Shown here in pieces: positions 36,006 to 48,601 of a DNA stretch of 64,000 nucleotides. The translations under genes and the position numbers were made by a program. The stretch is from Phoronis australis. Taxonomy: Eukaryota; Animalia; Phoronida. The first letter of the stretch is position 1. Each line of letters starts with the position of its first letter. The DNA lies in NCBI GenBank assembly GCA_002633005.1, contig NMRA01000115.1, positions 700,622-764,621 of the forward strand. The letters are read 5' to 3'. Below the pieces are notes generated by a model. That model did not search any database and had not been told where the DNA came from. It worked only from the letters and a program-made list of their open reading frames with translations.

Positions 36006-37779
36006 ATAACAACCTGCAAAGCAGGGTTCCGGATGCCCTGTCCTACCCTCCCCATTGATAACCGTTGTATCTCGCCGCGGGGTATTCCCCCAAAGCAGAC
36101 GGGGATTGCCGCAAGATATCCCACTTATACCCAGGGAAGTGGTTGTTTGGAACCAGGGTCATGAACGGAGGCGCCGCTGCGTATTGGCGAAGGATTGGTT
36201 TGGCGGTTTGAGGGATATTAGAATCGAAAGAAATCGGCCGTTACGAAAGCCGTCTGTGGCTAAAAGTAATAAATACGGAAAGTAACTTGTGTCCAGGACA
36301 ATTAACAACAAAAGGGAAAGAGTCTACTAGGTATAAAATTGGCTAATTAGGAAAACTTACGAGTGAACGTACTGTTGCTTGTGGCTGGGCCGACAGGAAG
36401 CTGGAGAGAAAGAACAAGCAGCGCTACCATCGGACTTGGTAGGAACTAACTAGGAGTTGGATATGAAGCATGAAGGGCTGTATAATGTTATTTGCCCAAA
36501 TAATAGGATTTATGTCAGAGTGCCATAAGTCTCATTAAGACAACTGTGTGTAAAGTATCTCCTTCCACTCAGCCATCAGAAGTGCTCTCATAATATCTAA
36601 TGAATGGCCAGTTTTCCACCTAGAAATATAATGCCGTTAAAGCACTCAATGTTTTGATTGGTGCCTATGTTAACTGCAATGCTTACGGTAATTGGTCATT
36701 TTGTGCACAACCTCCCAGCATCAGTCTTACATAACTGTAAATGAAAAATGTACATTGCAGAACAAATGTGCAAACAGAAATTCACAAGTTACATGTACAT
36801 ATTAGTAGAACAAATACAAAATTTGTTTGACATGCAATTTACATGCAGATTACAAGCTTTCACACAGGTCTGGTTTCCATTACTCACAACTGCAGGTGAT
36901 ACATCCATCCCATGGGAAACTTTGATAAATTGTCCTGAACTAAAACTGAAAGAAATGCAGAATGATAGAAATTGTTCAGACTTCTAAAAATTGTCAAGAA
37001 ATGACGAGTGTTACCTCAAAATTTTTAACTGGCAAGTAAAAACAGGAAACGACTCATAATGAACAACTAAAACCAATAGCAATAAAGTTTATTATGTACC
37101 TCACATTGGTATCGTCTTCAGCAGCTGTTTGATTGATTACTACGGTATCACCAGATGCAAATTGGAGTGGTATTGTCGGAGACAGTTCGGACACATCTTC
37201 CTCCTGAAACATACAAAATCTGACAGCTATAGAAGTGCTTTTCATCAAACCTGAGTGTCATCTTGTGTTTAAGAGATTTGATTCAGATCTGTGTTGAGGG
37301 AAAAACGAAAGATATACACACCTCAAAGTTACCTTAGACTGCTCAATCTTGAGATGTTCATTCCATCATTGTCAACATCTTCTGCACTGCTGTTGTACAC
37401 CATATCAACATCAACACTAAGAGGATGTTATTCACTACCCAGATTATAGTCAGCAGTTGCGTCTTCCTCCAGAGGTAGAAATTGTTCATCATTTGAGCTA
37501 TCATATGTTTCCTCTTGTGATTCAGAATCACCAACAGGATCATCTTCCAATTATGAAGACGGCAAACAGTCATGCAGTCTTCACCTACCAGTACCCTTTG
37601 TACACACACCCCTTCTCATGGCCCTTGTCACAGAGGCTCTTGTTCTCGCAGCTCATACTGCACCTCCAGCCATCAGTGCTTGTGATACATCACCAGTTAC
37701 ACCACCTCTGGTTCTCATACCTCTTCCCCTGGTTCTTACCCCTCTTCTTATACCACACTCTACTAACACCTCTTCCTCT

Positions 37780-39010
37780 TACTCGTTCAGTTGGCCTCAC
37801 CAACTGAACTTCCAGTAACTGGTCCACATGTTCAGCATGGTGACACATTCCACCATGAGTGATACAAGATGGGCAAAAGCAGCTTAAGTTGCGATGTGGT
37901 TCATCACCACCCACGATGCAATGTAATTTTCGTGTGCCAAGAGCAGTCTTGGTACATCTTTCATCTCTATTGTGATTGATGTCTGTTGTTGGCACAAAGA
38001 GGATTGTTCTCTTGTGTGAGTGTCACAACTTTCAGTGTCATCTACAGAGAGCTGGTTCTGTGCAAATGTTGCCAAATCCCAGGCATCGTTTATATTGACT
38101 TGCTTCTGGTTCACTGCTCTTCTGGCACTGGACTTCATTACTATACCTGCTCCATCTGCTTTCCATGACGTGAACCATAAAAATGGCACTCAACTTTGAA
38201 ACCAAAATCCTGTGAACAGTAAGAAATGTCACAGAAAGGCCCACTGCTTTTGTAGTGAGCAGCCCAGCCATCATCGAGCTGAATTTCACGAATGATATGA
38301 AGAGAGCACTTTGACTGCAGACACTCGTTGGTGGAGTTTAAGAAAATGGTGCACTGCATGTTTATCGTGCGTTAAATCATCTGAAACAAATAGAATGATT
38401 TCTCGTACAGGAGTTGAGTCCTGACATGATTCAGCAGGGCAGTGACAGAAACGAACAATGGGGTGAACTGTTGCTTGGTTGTGTACCTAGTGTCCTGTTT
38501 GGATCTCATTCTGAGAAATACAGGCATAATTTTCAGCAAAATCCAAATTCAGCAGCACCCAGTCCTTTGGTAAGTTTTCTTTCAGCAGTCCAAACTGGTC
38601 ATTTTGCCAATTTTCATCAAAAAGATGTCTGGCAAATGGAGTTAGGTGCTCTGTCAGTTTGATGTCTAGCCCATTCAAACTTGTGGTTTCTTCGACGATC
38701 TTCATTCTGGTCACCTTCTTTCCAGCTCTGTTCACACCAGCATCTTGCTTGACCCACTGTCTAACTTTAATAGCTTCATCCCCACAGGCTTCCAAAATTT
38801 GGGAAAAATGGACCATGACCTTGTCAGTGCCGCACTCTGCACATTCCCGGTCCACACAGGCACGCGGATGGAATTGTGAGCCTTCAGATTTCGAACAAAG
38901 GGTCATGTCCTTGCAAGCATAACGACTGCCAAGACTTTTTAGTCCTGTACCCTTGGCAGTTGCATTGACAGCCTTGAGAAGTAAGTCAACATTGGTACAG
39001 TATTCAGATA
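37780..39010 (-). pseudogene. Decayed Sola-like (Sola2-type) DDD transposase
   Basis: Motifs across frames: C..REC..CG, DFAENY...QNEIQ..H, DDLTHDKHAVHHF, DDGWAAHYKS, FYGSRHGK..ADGAG..MK, GTRKLH, RNLSCFCPSC; several stops and frameshifts. Subfamily from recalled motifs. Confidence 0.7.
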
Positions 39011-40114
39011 AGCAACAGTTTACTGTACCATCGTTGTTTGTTACTGGTCGTGACATTTTGGGGTCGCCGCTTTCTCTATAACAAAGGCCTGTCTTAAATA
39101 AAGCATTCCTTGTTTGCTTTGCCAACTGATTTCCTGTCTGGTACAGCTATACATGAAACGGTGATGCTAATACGTAGCTGATTTTCTGAATTGGAAACAC
39201 TATCAAGTGACTGTCAAATACTAAATCAGATTTTCCACAGACGTAGTTACGCGTGTAAAATCACTTGTTGTGATGTTATAGTTTTATATGTCCTTTTGTG
39301 ACTACATTCTTAATTCCTGTCAATATATTTTACATTTCTTTATACATTTCTGCTTCTTTCTATTACAAAAACATAACAGATTTTGGCGTAGTTGGCAGGA
39401 TTTGTTGCTGTAAGAACGAAATAATGCCAGCCTACTCACCCATCTTTTTTTATTCCTCACTAATACTCGTGTGATCAAAGTAGCTTTCATGAATTTTATG
39501 TCTACTGGAAGCATGGTTTGAATATTAGCATGGATAATGATATGTATTCGTCAGTGAGTGTTTCGGAAAATGAAAAAGGCTGATTTTTGAGAATAGGGAC
39601 TATACAAAAGAGCCACGGGTTTCGCTTTCACCCTGTATCTGTTGGTGGTTCTGCGTTTGTTTCCTAAAAGAGAGGATTCAATGTGCGGCTGAATCTTCAC
39701 AGGCAATTTACTACTAAGTTGCAGGTACGCGATCATCGTTTGCTTAGTCGGGGGCAAATTTTTTACAATTGAAGGTTTGGCTGTTTCCAACGTGAGGCAA
39801 AATGGAGATGAACAGATGTCAAAGTTAACAATATTTGCTTTGTCTCGCCATAATTCGGAAATAATTGTTGACATGGGAATGGTTTATTTTTCACAACTAA
39901 GATTTCCTTATTGAGCGATCTATCTCAAGAAGGGATATTTTGTCTTGAAAGTGTGTGTGTTTTTCCCAGGGGCACAAGAATAGTGAGGTGTCTGCTGGTA
40001 TACTCATTAGGCTTAATAGAAGTTTTCAATGAAGTTTATGTATGCGAAAAACATTTTTGATAATTCTACAGAACAAATTGAAAACAATATCACAGTGGAG
40101 AATTTCTGTTTACT

Positions 40115-41560
40115 CACCACGTTGCTGTGCTCGCGCATGAACAACTGTAGGCTGGTCCATTTCGACAAAAACTTAAATGATCGACGATTTTCCCGATTGT
40201 ACAGAAGGCAGCATAAGGAGAACAGGGGTGGCACCAGTGGCCAATATTCAAGTTTTCTCGATGACACAGTCCTGAATATTTGCAACAGTGTGGGGGCGGC
40301 AATTTCGAGCTGTAAACACAACTGTTCCCAAGTGAAGTTGGTCATTGATTCAGGTGCATGGTCTTCATTTGCAAGGCTTGCTTCTTTTCGCAAGGCTTTT
40401 ACTTCTTGCTTGATCTCATGCATTATGATTTGGAGCATGGTATCCTTGCCCCTCTTTGTTCGAGAAAGCGACCTCACGGCAACTGGTACATTGCGATTTG
40501 CTAAATTTCTCCTTGCAACTTTCGCATACCCTCGCTTTATTTCCTTGGGTGTTGGTATTTGAAATTACAAGATGGCACTTAGAATAGGCAAGTGGCACTG
40601 TGCACAAAACATTGAAAGATAAGTTACGAATTTGGACAGTACAGCTGAATTTTGAGCTCAATGTTGATGCGCGCACCCAGCCTTTAAAATGGGGGGCTCA
40701 GCTTTTTGACGATGTGAACCTTTTACAAACAACAAAGCAGGAGGACTAAATAAATGGGGTACCACGTTCAGAGCTCTGAATTTTGTGTTAGCGCCTTTTT
40801 AGGGGACTTTTGTCACGTTTTTCACGGACTTCTTGTTTCTCAAAGGCGGACCTTTTTGTCCACTTCACCAAATGGGGGGTCTCCTTCAAGCCCCCCTGGA
40901 TGCGTGCATGATGTTTACGTTATATATTTCTGTCGAGAACACCATTCACAAATACAGAAACAGCTTCATTGTCATTTTGCCATTCACAGGCATTTGGGAT
41001 CCATTTCAATAAAAATATAGTGTATTGCATTTATTCACCTAAACACAGTCTCACGGTCTCATTCTCATTTGAGGCAGGCCAAATACCACAACAGGTACTC
41101 ATGCAGTGACCTGTAATTTAACGCGAAACTTGTAGTGAAGCTTACAGGAAACAACAACTTTGCATCAGTACTTTTCTTTTTTTCTTGCCGGTAGATCATC
41201 GCCTGATTGCTATTTTCTTTTTCTTTCTTCCTTTCTATCGTCCTCTGTCTTTTCAAAGAGATATGTTTTGTTCCAATGTCTGGATGTCAAAATCTCTTTC
41301 TGCTCTTTAAGCTTTATTTGAGCTTGAACTGAGACAAGAAAAACAACACAGCGCTTTCTCACAAACCGACGTTTTGTCTTTAGCGGGGGAAGCAAATATA
41401 CCTAAGTTTCGCGCAACCCCGTCTCTACGGTTATGCCTCCATATTTCAATGTCCTTAGGAGGCCTTTTGGCTTTTTAAAAGGTTCGTTGCAATTCATGCA
41501 ATGTCTCTCACCATCCTTGTTAATACTGATGTGAATTGTTTTAATGTGTATATATATCTT
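40115..41560 (-). pseudogene. Decayed spliced TE-type gene (Cys-rich N-terminus plus FTWEQL...AAPTLL helical domain; possibly an AcademH/DUF6589-type transposase N-terminus)
   Basis: Exon-like blocks ~41560-41250 (HCMNCNEPF...SVCEK) and 40560-40115 (EIKQEVKAL...NFTWEQLCLQLEIAAPTLLQIF...CCLLYNR), the latter bounded by TTTCAA/GTGAGT-like splice sites. No catalytic core visible. Confidence 0.45.
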
Positions 41561-42022
41561 AATTGTAAGTCAGTATCACTGTGTTATCGTTGGTCTGCAA
41601 GAACCATGACAGGCTTTGTATTACAGATCACTCAATGAAATTGTTCAGTTGATTTCCTACGAGATCATACTTAAATTTATCAACTGGCAGATAGGTCATG
41701 TTTTGAGCGAAACTGACACAGAACAGACACGTTTAGTAATAATACAAATGAACTTCGGAAAACGAATCATCGAAACCCTAACTTGAAAACCTTTTAAACA
41801 TTAAAATGTCAAATATGTACACAAAGACTATAAAATGTCACATCAACAGCATTATCAAATACAAACAATAATTCATTTAATACAATCAGTTTCAAGTAAT
41901 GCTAATTAAAGGCAAGTAGTGGCGGCCTAAGACATTACCATGGCATTTTGGAAACAAACATTTGATTGACAAGACAGCAATTTCTCACCTATTTAAAAGA
42001 TTGAGGTCATGACGTCATATTA

Positions 42023-42300
42023 CCTAGCGTGCGCAGTGTAAAAATGGTGAGTTCACAATTTTGGGAACTGAGGAACTGCTCAGAGTATTTATTCGAGTTG
42101 GAAGGAATTAAACACATCGACAACCTCCTAAGGTGTCCCTCTATGTGCAAAAGGTATTTATAACAATGTGACTTTGATGTTTTAGTCAGTGCGAGGCATA
42201 ATTTTCCAAAAAGCTTCCGGCGTATGGAGCCCCTATCGGAGCTTCATCGCCTCAGTACTGGCTTGCGCCAGCAGAGGCAATGGTCATTGCTTATCACCTC
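42023..42300 (+). repeat. Dispersed copy of the 9690-11055 array unit
   Basis: CCTAGCGTGCGCAGTGTAAAAATGG...GAGTTGGAAGGAATTAAA...GGTGTCCCTCTATGTGCAAAAGGTATTTATAACAA aligns with 9968-10235. Confidence 0.88.
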
Positions 42301-43009
42301 CATGCTTCCTCATTCCATGGCGAGTATTTACACATAGAGTGATGACGTACTTCACAAATCAGGTCACTTGTCTCGTGTTATGGCAGAGGCTTTTAACTTG
42401 TTCGAATTTTTGGACTCTAGTTGCGCCCATTATTATTTGACCACAGTTTGCATTTAAAATTTCTTTGATTGATCATAGAAATATGTATTCACAATAAGAC
42501 ACGGGATTATGACTGGTTTAATAACATCTTTAAAAGCAATTATTTCGTTCTTAAACTAGTTTGACCGACTCCCTCAATGAGAAAAATAACCATGATGTGA
42601 GCAATTTTTTTGACTGACTCCATAACGGGCGTATGCTCGTTTTTAAGTTTGATTTTTTAGTTTAGAACATGTTTATTTTTCACCTGTGCAGAATCTATCA
42701 CATATTTGATGTGTACTCTTTTGCTCGATGTACTTAAATGTGAGAAAAAAAACACCCAAATGCGTAAAAACATAATGAAACGAATACTCTGTCGACATGT
42801 CACAAAATGGCCGCCCCAAAAACGCTCAGTGTATTTAAAACGCAACATAGTCATGTAATTTTTTACTTTTTAGCACATTATCAATGAAATAATATGACAC
42901 ACTATCCATTTCCATTTTTTATTTCATAAAATTACAATTAAGAAATTAAAAATAGTCAGGACGAAAGTTGCTGAATAGCCGAGGATGACCCATATCTCTC
43001 CTTTAACAG

Positions 43010-43740
43010 GCGTCTTGCTAGCGCACATCCCTCGGGGTTTGACTAAACAACACTCAAATAAGTGTATCCCTGGGTTTACCAACACATTGTTGGACTAAGC
43101 AGTTCAGCTTAATAGCATCATCTAAACCCTTGCATTCGATTCAGTTATCAAAGGCTACAATAAACTGATAGTACTTCAGAGGGTCCCCGTTAAACTTAAT
43201 AAGCTGTGATACTATCTGGTACTGACTGAGTTTGACATCTAACAACGTTTGAACAACATTTGTTAACACTTCAGATTCATAGTTACCGGTAGTTCTATAG
43301 GTGTCACTGTCTCGCAAGGGTGTCGATTGGGGGGCCATCTTTGCTCGCTTTTCTTCACTCTCAAGATCCATCATTTTGACCCTGATGTCAAACTCAAATT
43401 GTTTCACTTCTAGTTCCTGTTGCTTTTCCAGTATGGCAATTTCGCTCTCCCGTCTCTGCTTTACTATCAACAGTTCATTTGTTTTTTGTCGCATCAGTCG
43501 TTCAGACTATAAGTCTGCTATTTGCTTTTCCAACAGTGTGATCTACTCATTATCAAGGTTTCCACTGAGGTTGACAGAACTATTCATGTTGAGTGACTGT
43601 TTTTTTTTTTCGCAAATAACTTTCTCTCGATCAAGTCCTGTGATTAACTGTAGCACCTTGTTTGGCTCTAATGAAAATGTCATTTGCTTCAGTTCATAGT
43701 TATTTTCGCTCATGACAATACACACGATATGATATCTGGA
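43010..43740 (-). pseudogene. BEL/Pao retrotransposon gag fragment
   Basis: Coiled-coil followed by KFNGDPLKYYQFIVAFDN (DUF1759-type motif); stops. Confidence 0.72.
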
Positions 43741-43899
43741 GTATCTAATGTGGTTTCTAATGCGGTTAATCTACAAATAACAAATCAAACTGTAGAGTGA
43801 TATCAAAACTACTAAAGCGAGGTCTACTCGACTAGATAACACTTTAATAACTAACCTTTCTTTCCACGCTGGGAACTTAATTTTGGAACATCTAATATC

Positions 43900-44765
43900 T
43901 GTTTCATAACAAAACAAAATTGCCGCCAAGCCTCCTCTCCACGCCAATTTGAGGCAGCACCATACAGAGCCAATATCCTCAAGATGCTGTAGGCAACACT
44001 GTCTTTCAAGCTCAATCCATTTCTAAAACTCCAGTATGGCCTGAGTTCTCTCATGTTACTTAGGAAACCAGTGCTGATAAACTCGCTGAATAATGACACA
44101 GTCATGTTTTGGAGTCTCAGAACGAATTTCAACAAAACAGGGTTGTACGTCGAGGTAGATTTCACGATCCATGAATCTCTTTGGTAGATCTAACAGGCTG
44201 TCAGCTAACTCCATTTCTTGAACTGGTTGATATTTAATCGTATAATCATAACTCTGTAGTCATAGAAGAAGACGTTGGAGATGAGATGGGGCTGCAGACT
44301 GTGTTTTCTTTGTGATTACTTCTAGGGGCTTGTGATCAGATTCCAAAGTAAACAGACTTCTTTTTATGTATATGTGGAATCATTGGTCACCAAAAACACA
44401 TGCTAAAAATGCTTGCTCAATTTTAGCATATCGCAGTTCTGTTGGCGTTAAGTTTTTGGGAGCAAAGGCTAACAGCTTACCGTCTTGGATGAGCGCAGCT
44501 CCCAAGTATGTCTGTAAAGCATTGATTTGGATTGTAGTTGGTGCCTTTGGATTGAAATATCGTAGGTTACTAGGATGTTGGATTAGAGACTTCAGTTTTT
44601 CAAAAGCCTGTTGGTGTTCTGGGCACCCCTGGATAGTGGGCATCTTTTTTCAGGAGCTGTTGTTGTGACCCTAATGTGTCGCTCAGCTTAGGGACATATG
44701 GTCCCAAGTACGTGACTATTCCAAGAAATGACTGTAGTTCAGTGACATTGGAAGGTTGTTTGAGT
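43900..44765 (-). pseudogene. Gypsy pol fragment (RT thumb/RNase H)
   Basis: PSNVTELQSFLGIVTYL; EHQQAFEKLKSLI...YFNPKAPTTIQINA...LGAALIQDG...LTPTELRYAKIE; SDHKPLE; YWSFRNGLS. Confidence 0.88.
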
Positions 44766-45149
44766 TCGTGATGTGATAAATGTGCCTTACATTGTATCAA
44801 CGCTGTAACCAAGTAACTATGTTGTACTGACCAGACTTCACAAAACATTGCTGAAATATTGTTTCGGTCATCTAGTTTTGTCGAACTGTTCTGTGGAAAC
44901 ATGCTTGCAAAGTGCATTTTGAAAAGTACGATGAGATATTAGTTAATAAAAGTACAGAACTTTCTATTCGAATTCAAGCTTCCATATCATATTTACACAG
45001 GAACATGCTTTTCAAAGACAAGAAGTGAAATGTTACAACCATTCACTGCATAACACTCTTATAATGGTCACTACATAATACCCGCGTATTGAAAATTTTC
45101 AACTAAGTCAAAGAATGCAGGACATGCACAAAAAGCTGCAATTATTCAG

Positions 45150-46760
45150 TTCATGCATTTCTACTAACAATACTTGGTCTATAATTGATAAGCATGAATA
45201 CAACTTAAACAATCATGGACCCAAGGTGCACATAGGAAATAGGTAATTTCCTTTTCAAAATCTTATAGGTTTTTGCATAGCCTATAACACGCTCCAAGTG
45301 AATACCTTTTGAAGCAATCTGTCTGTCACGAACAACAGTAGCTGCTTCAAACTGATTAATGCCTTTAAGAGGCATTGGCGTGTTGACTTTCACATCTTTA
45401 TTTGCAAAACAATCTTGAACCATTATACCACGATCAGCAAGAATGCTGTCGCCTTTCTCGAACATATTTGGAGTGGTGATCAATGGTCCTCTCTCTATAA
45501 TTTGTCGGTCACTTATAGAACCACCATACGAGTCACTTACATATGAAACGCAACCTCATGGTGTGACACCAATCATGGTCTTGAGCGTATTGTTGTTCTT
45601 GTATGAGGACCATGTCGCTCGTTGTACATTGCAATTGGAACTTCGTTCAATGGGTACCTCAGTCGCATCCAAAATGAGTCTAGTGGATGGAAAAATCTTC
45701 TTAAAGTGCTTAGGGAAATGTTGATTGATGAGCTCCCTGCTTGGCCACAACTCCAAGTCCTTCAGTTCATAAAACACAAATCTCAACCATGTTTTAAACA
45801 CATTGCCAACTGTTTTTTGACTAATTTTGAAATCGAGAGCCAACCCATAGTCATCTTTTGCTTGGCAAAGCTTTATCAGACTGAGAAACAGTTCATTTCG
45901 AGGGTCAAGAGACTTTGATGAATAATCAAGCTGACTAACTGCAGGACCCAGCATGTTAAAAAACATTAAAGTGTTCAAAACTTTCAAATCCTGTGAGGTA
46001 CTTCATTGCCTTTGGGTTGTCTGCATAATTTTCTACTCTCGTGCCATCTGTCAGAAAACTGCACTGTACTTCTGCCAAACATGTGGTAGTATTACACGAT
46101 GATGGTGTTTCATCTGAAGCAATTTCAATATCGGCCTCAACAAGCAATGGATCAAAATCTTCCTGTATCTTCTCAGCTCGTTCTGAAGTTCTCGTCACAA
46201 ACGAAAGCTCATACATCAAATCAACACATTTGGTGTTAGATGAAAGTAAAAAAATGACAAACGATTGGGTGGATTTACTCGACTTTTAGACCAGCAATAG
46301 GAGATTCGCCGAGAGCTTCGGGTCAACAAGGCTTTGGGATCAGAGAGAGCTGACGTTCTGATTATTACAATCAAGATACAGTAGGAAAAAATTACTTTGG
46401 TCTAAACTCAGGGAAGAATTTAGCCCTGATATCATTCTCATAAGAGTCTTCAGTCCGACTCGGGGCAAGTTCGGCATCACCATGTAGTTCAATCCCTTAT
46501 CCAGGTAAAAGAATACATGTTTGAATTCACTTATACTGTTGTTTATTTCAAAACAATTCAAATTGCACACGGCTGGGGCCGATCCTGCCTCGCATGACGG
46601 TTTTGCTTAATAGTATTTCCCAAGCTCCTTTTTTCAGCTACGGCTAACACAATGGATCGAACTACCAGTGTCTGACTGAGAGTGGAAGCACACACTCAGA
46701 ATTTAAAGAAATCTAACCACTGGGAACTTGGAAATAGAACAAAAAATGTATAAAAATTGA
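45150..46760 (-). pseudogene. Decayed ISL2EU / PIF-Harbinger-type transposase (HTH + DDE_Tnp_4; THAP remnant upstream)
   Basis: YLTGF, ELFLSLIKL, LILDATEVPIE...TWSSYK..NTLK.MIGVTP, YGGSISDRQI, ILADRG, IAS..IHLERVIG..KTYKIL; frameshift near 45965 and internal stops. Confidence 0.88.
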
Positions 46761-48357
46761 TGCAGTAGTGACCCTTTGGTAAAAGAGTGGTGACGATCCT
46801 TAGGCAGTGGTTGTAGTGACCCTTGAAGAAATTTCCAAAACAAATGCGTTGACTAAAATTCTACAAATCTGAGAATGCAGAAGACAGTAGAGATACCAAT
46901 TAGAAATGCACTGCACAATGATATGATACTGTGGAACGTTGCGAGAGTGATAAAAATGTAATTTGTACTTTATGGCCAGATGTCAGATGCTCACAGGAAA
47001 TGCAGTCTTTAAAAAACCTCAAACTGAAAAGGGTTGGGCGCCAGAGGTGTTATCAATTGTAGCCATTACCTATTCAGCTGCCAGGATGTGGTTGGTGAGC
47101 TTAGCTTCTACAAATCTTGGGGCTTTTGGCGACAACATAACATGACCACCCAGATTTCACCTATTCCAAGGATGATACTGTACATTGTTGTAGTTAGTGA
47201 TTATGTGATGAAGTGCCTGTAAATGGCAGAAATTTGGTATCCACTGTGTCCATGGAGAGTGTTTGTTCAACAGGATCTTTTCCAAGCGTAATTTTTGTTC
47301 GGCTACTGGCCTTTAATTTGACATGTTTGCTAAATCTTTGTTTTTCTCGAATGACATGAGAAAAAATGCCAAAATGTGCAGTACTTCATCTGCCCATAAA
47401 TGATGCAAATTCTTCCCTGGCCTTTGGTAATGTAAACATGTTTGTTTAGTGGGGCTCTGAAGAATTCTCCTTCGTTCAATTGCCTTCTCCTCCCACATCT
47501 GTGGACACCACTTCATGGTTCATGGTCTGGATATGAAAGGGTATTTATGTTCAGCTGTAGTTGTCAAGTACTGTCCCTTTCACATTAAGTACAAGCTAAT
47601 AAATTACTGACACTTTTGCTTAACAGTGGAGTTTTCAACAGTAGTCCAAGCTTCAAAACTTGTTGGAGTTCAGTTCAGCGTCTCTTTCAAATCGTATGAG
47701 AAATTGAAAGATATCTGAACAATATATTGTACCAATTTGTGGAATGGTGTGATTTTTTCAGTGACTTTTAACTAGTAAGCAATACCAAGTCAGAATATGT
47801 TCTACATATTGTTTTGGTCTTGTAAGATTGGAATCCTGTTCTGAATGCCTGTCATTTTATTGAGCTTTGTGATTGCCTTTAAGGACAATGTTTTGTGTTG
47901 TCCTGGGTCAAGTTCAACACTCATGTTTCGCCATGTATTTTTGTTAAGTCAGAGCATGTGATTTTGGCCTTATTTTTCTCTCTGCGAGACAGTTATTGAA
48001 CTTGACCCAGTTTACACTAAAAAACTGAGATGTTTTAATTTTGATACAAATTGCTACAGACATTTATTTATTTTACAGTTGAATTTGTTGTTAATGAGAT
48101 GTGTGTTATTGATCTTTACTTTATATACAAATTACTTTGCTATTGTCTTTTGTTTTGTATATTTTACAAAGGGTATTAATAAACATTTATAGAATTACAT
48201 TGAACTGTGTTCAGTCTTTATTATAGTTCTTATTAAAGTGATACCTTTTTGGCTTATTTGATTGATGGTTATTATTCCTTGTTGGTTTTCATATTTGAAA
48301 AAATATCCTGTTATATCTGTAGTGTTGTACTGACAGGTAATTGTTGTCTCTCTTTTG

Positions 48358-48601
48358 CAGGCTTGGAATTTTCCACTTTTAAGAGATTTCCTCTATTTTG
48401 GATTGAATTTCCCCTTATTTGATTTCCAGTTTCCTTTCTTGTCAGCTTTTTATCATTATTTTGGCTTTATACATGCAAAACAGTTTATTTCACGTAAATT
48501 TACAACCAAAATATTTCTATCACACAAGCCTATTTATTAGTGGAATAATACATCACCTGGAGATTTTTCCTCTTTTTTCTCATTGGTCATTCCAAGCCCT
48601 G
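48358..48601. mobile_element. MITE-like repeat, same family as 6666 and 12403
   Basis: CAGGCTTGGAAT...CATTGGTCATTCCAAGCCCTG inverted termini. Confidence 0.65.

Noticed and set aside
47600-48200. 3' UTR-like T-rich stretch with AATAAA at ~48178 on the plus strand
   Set aside because: No plus-strand host exons could be linked to it.
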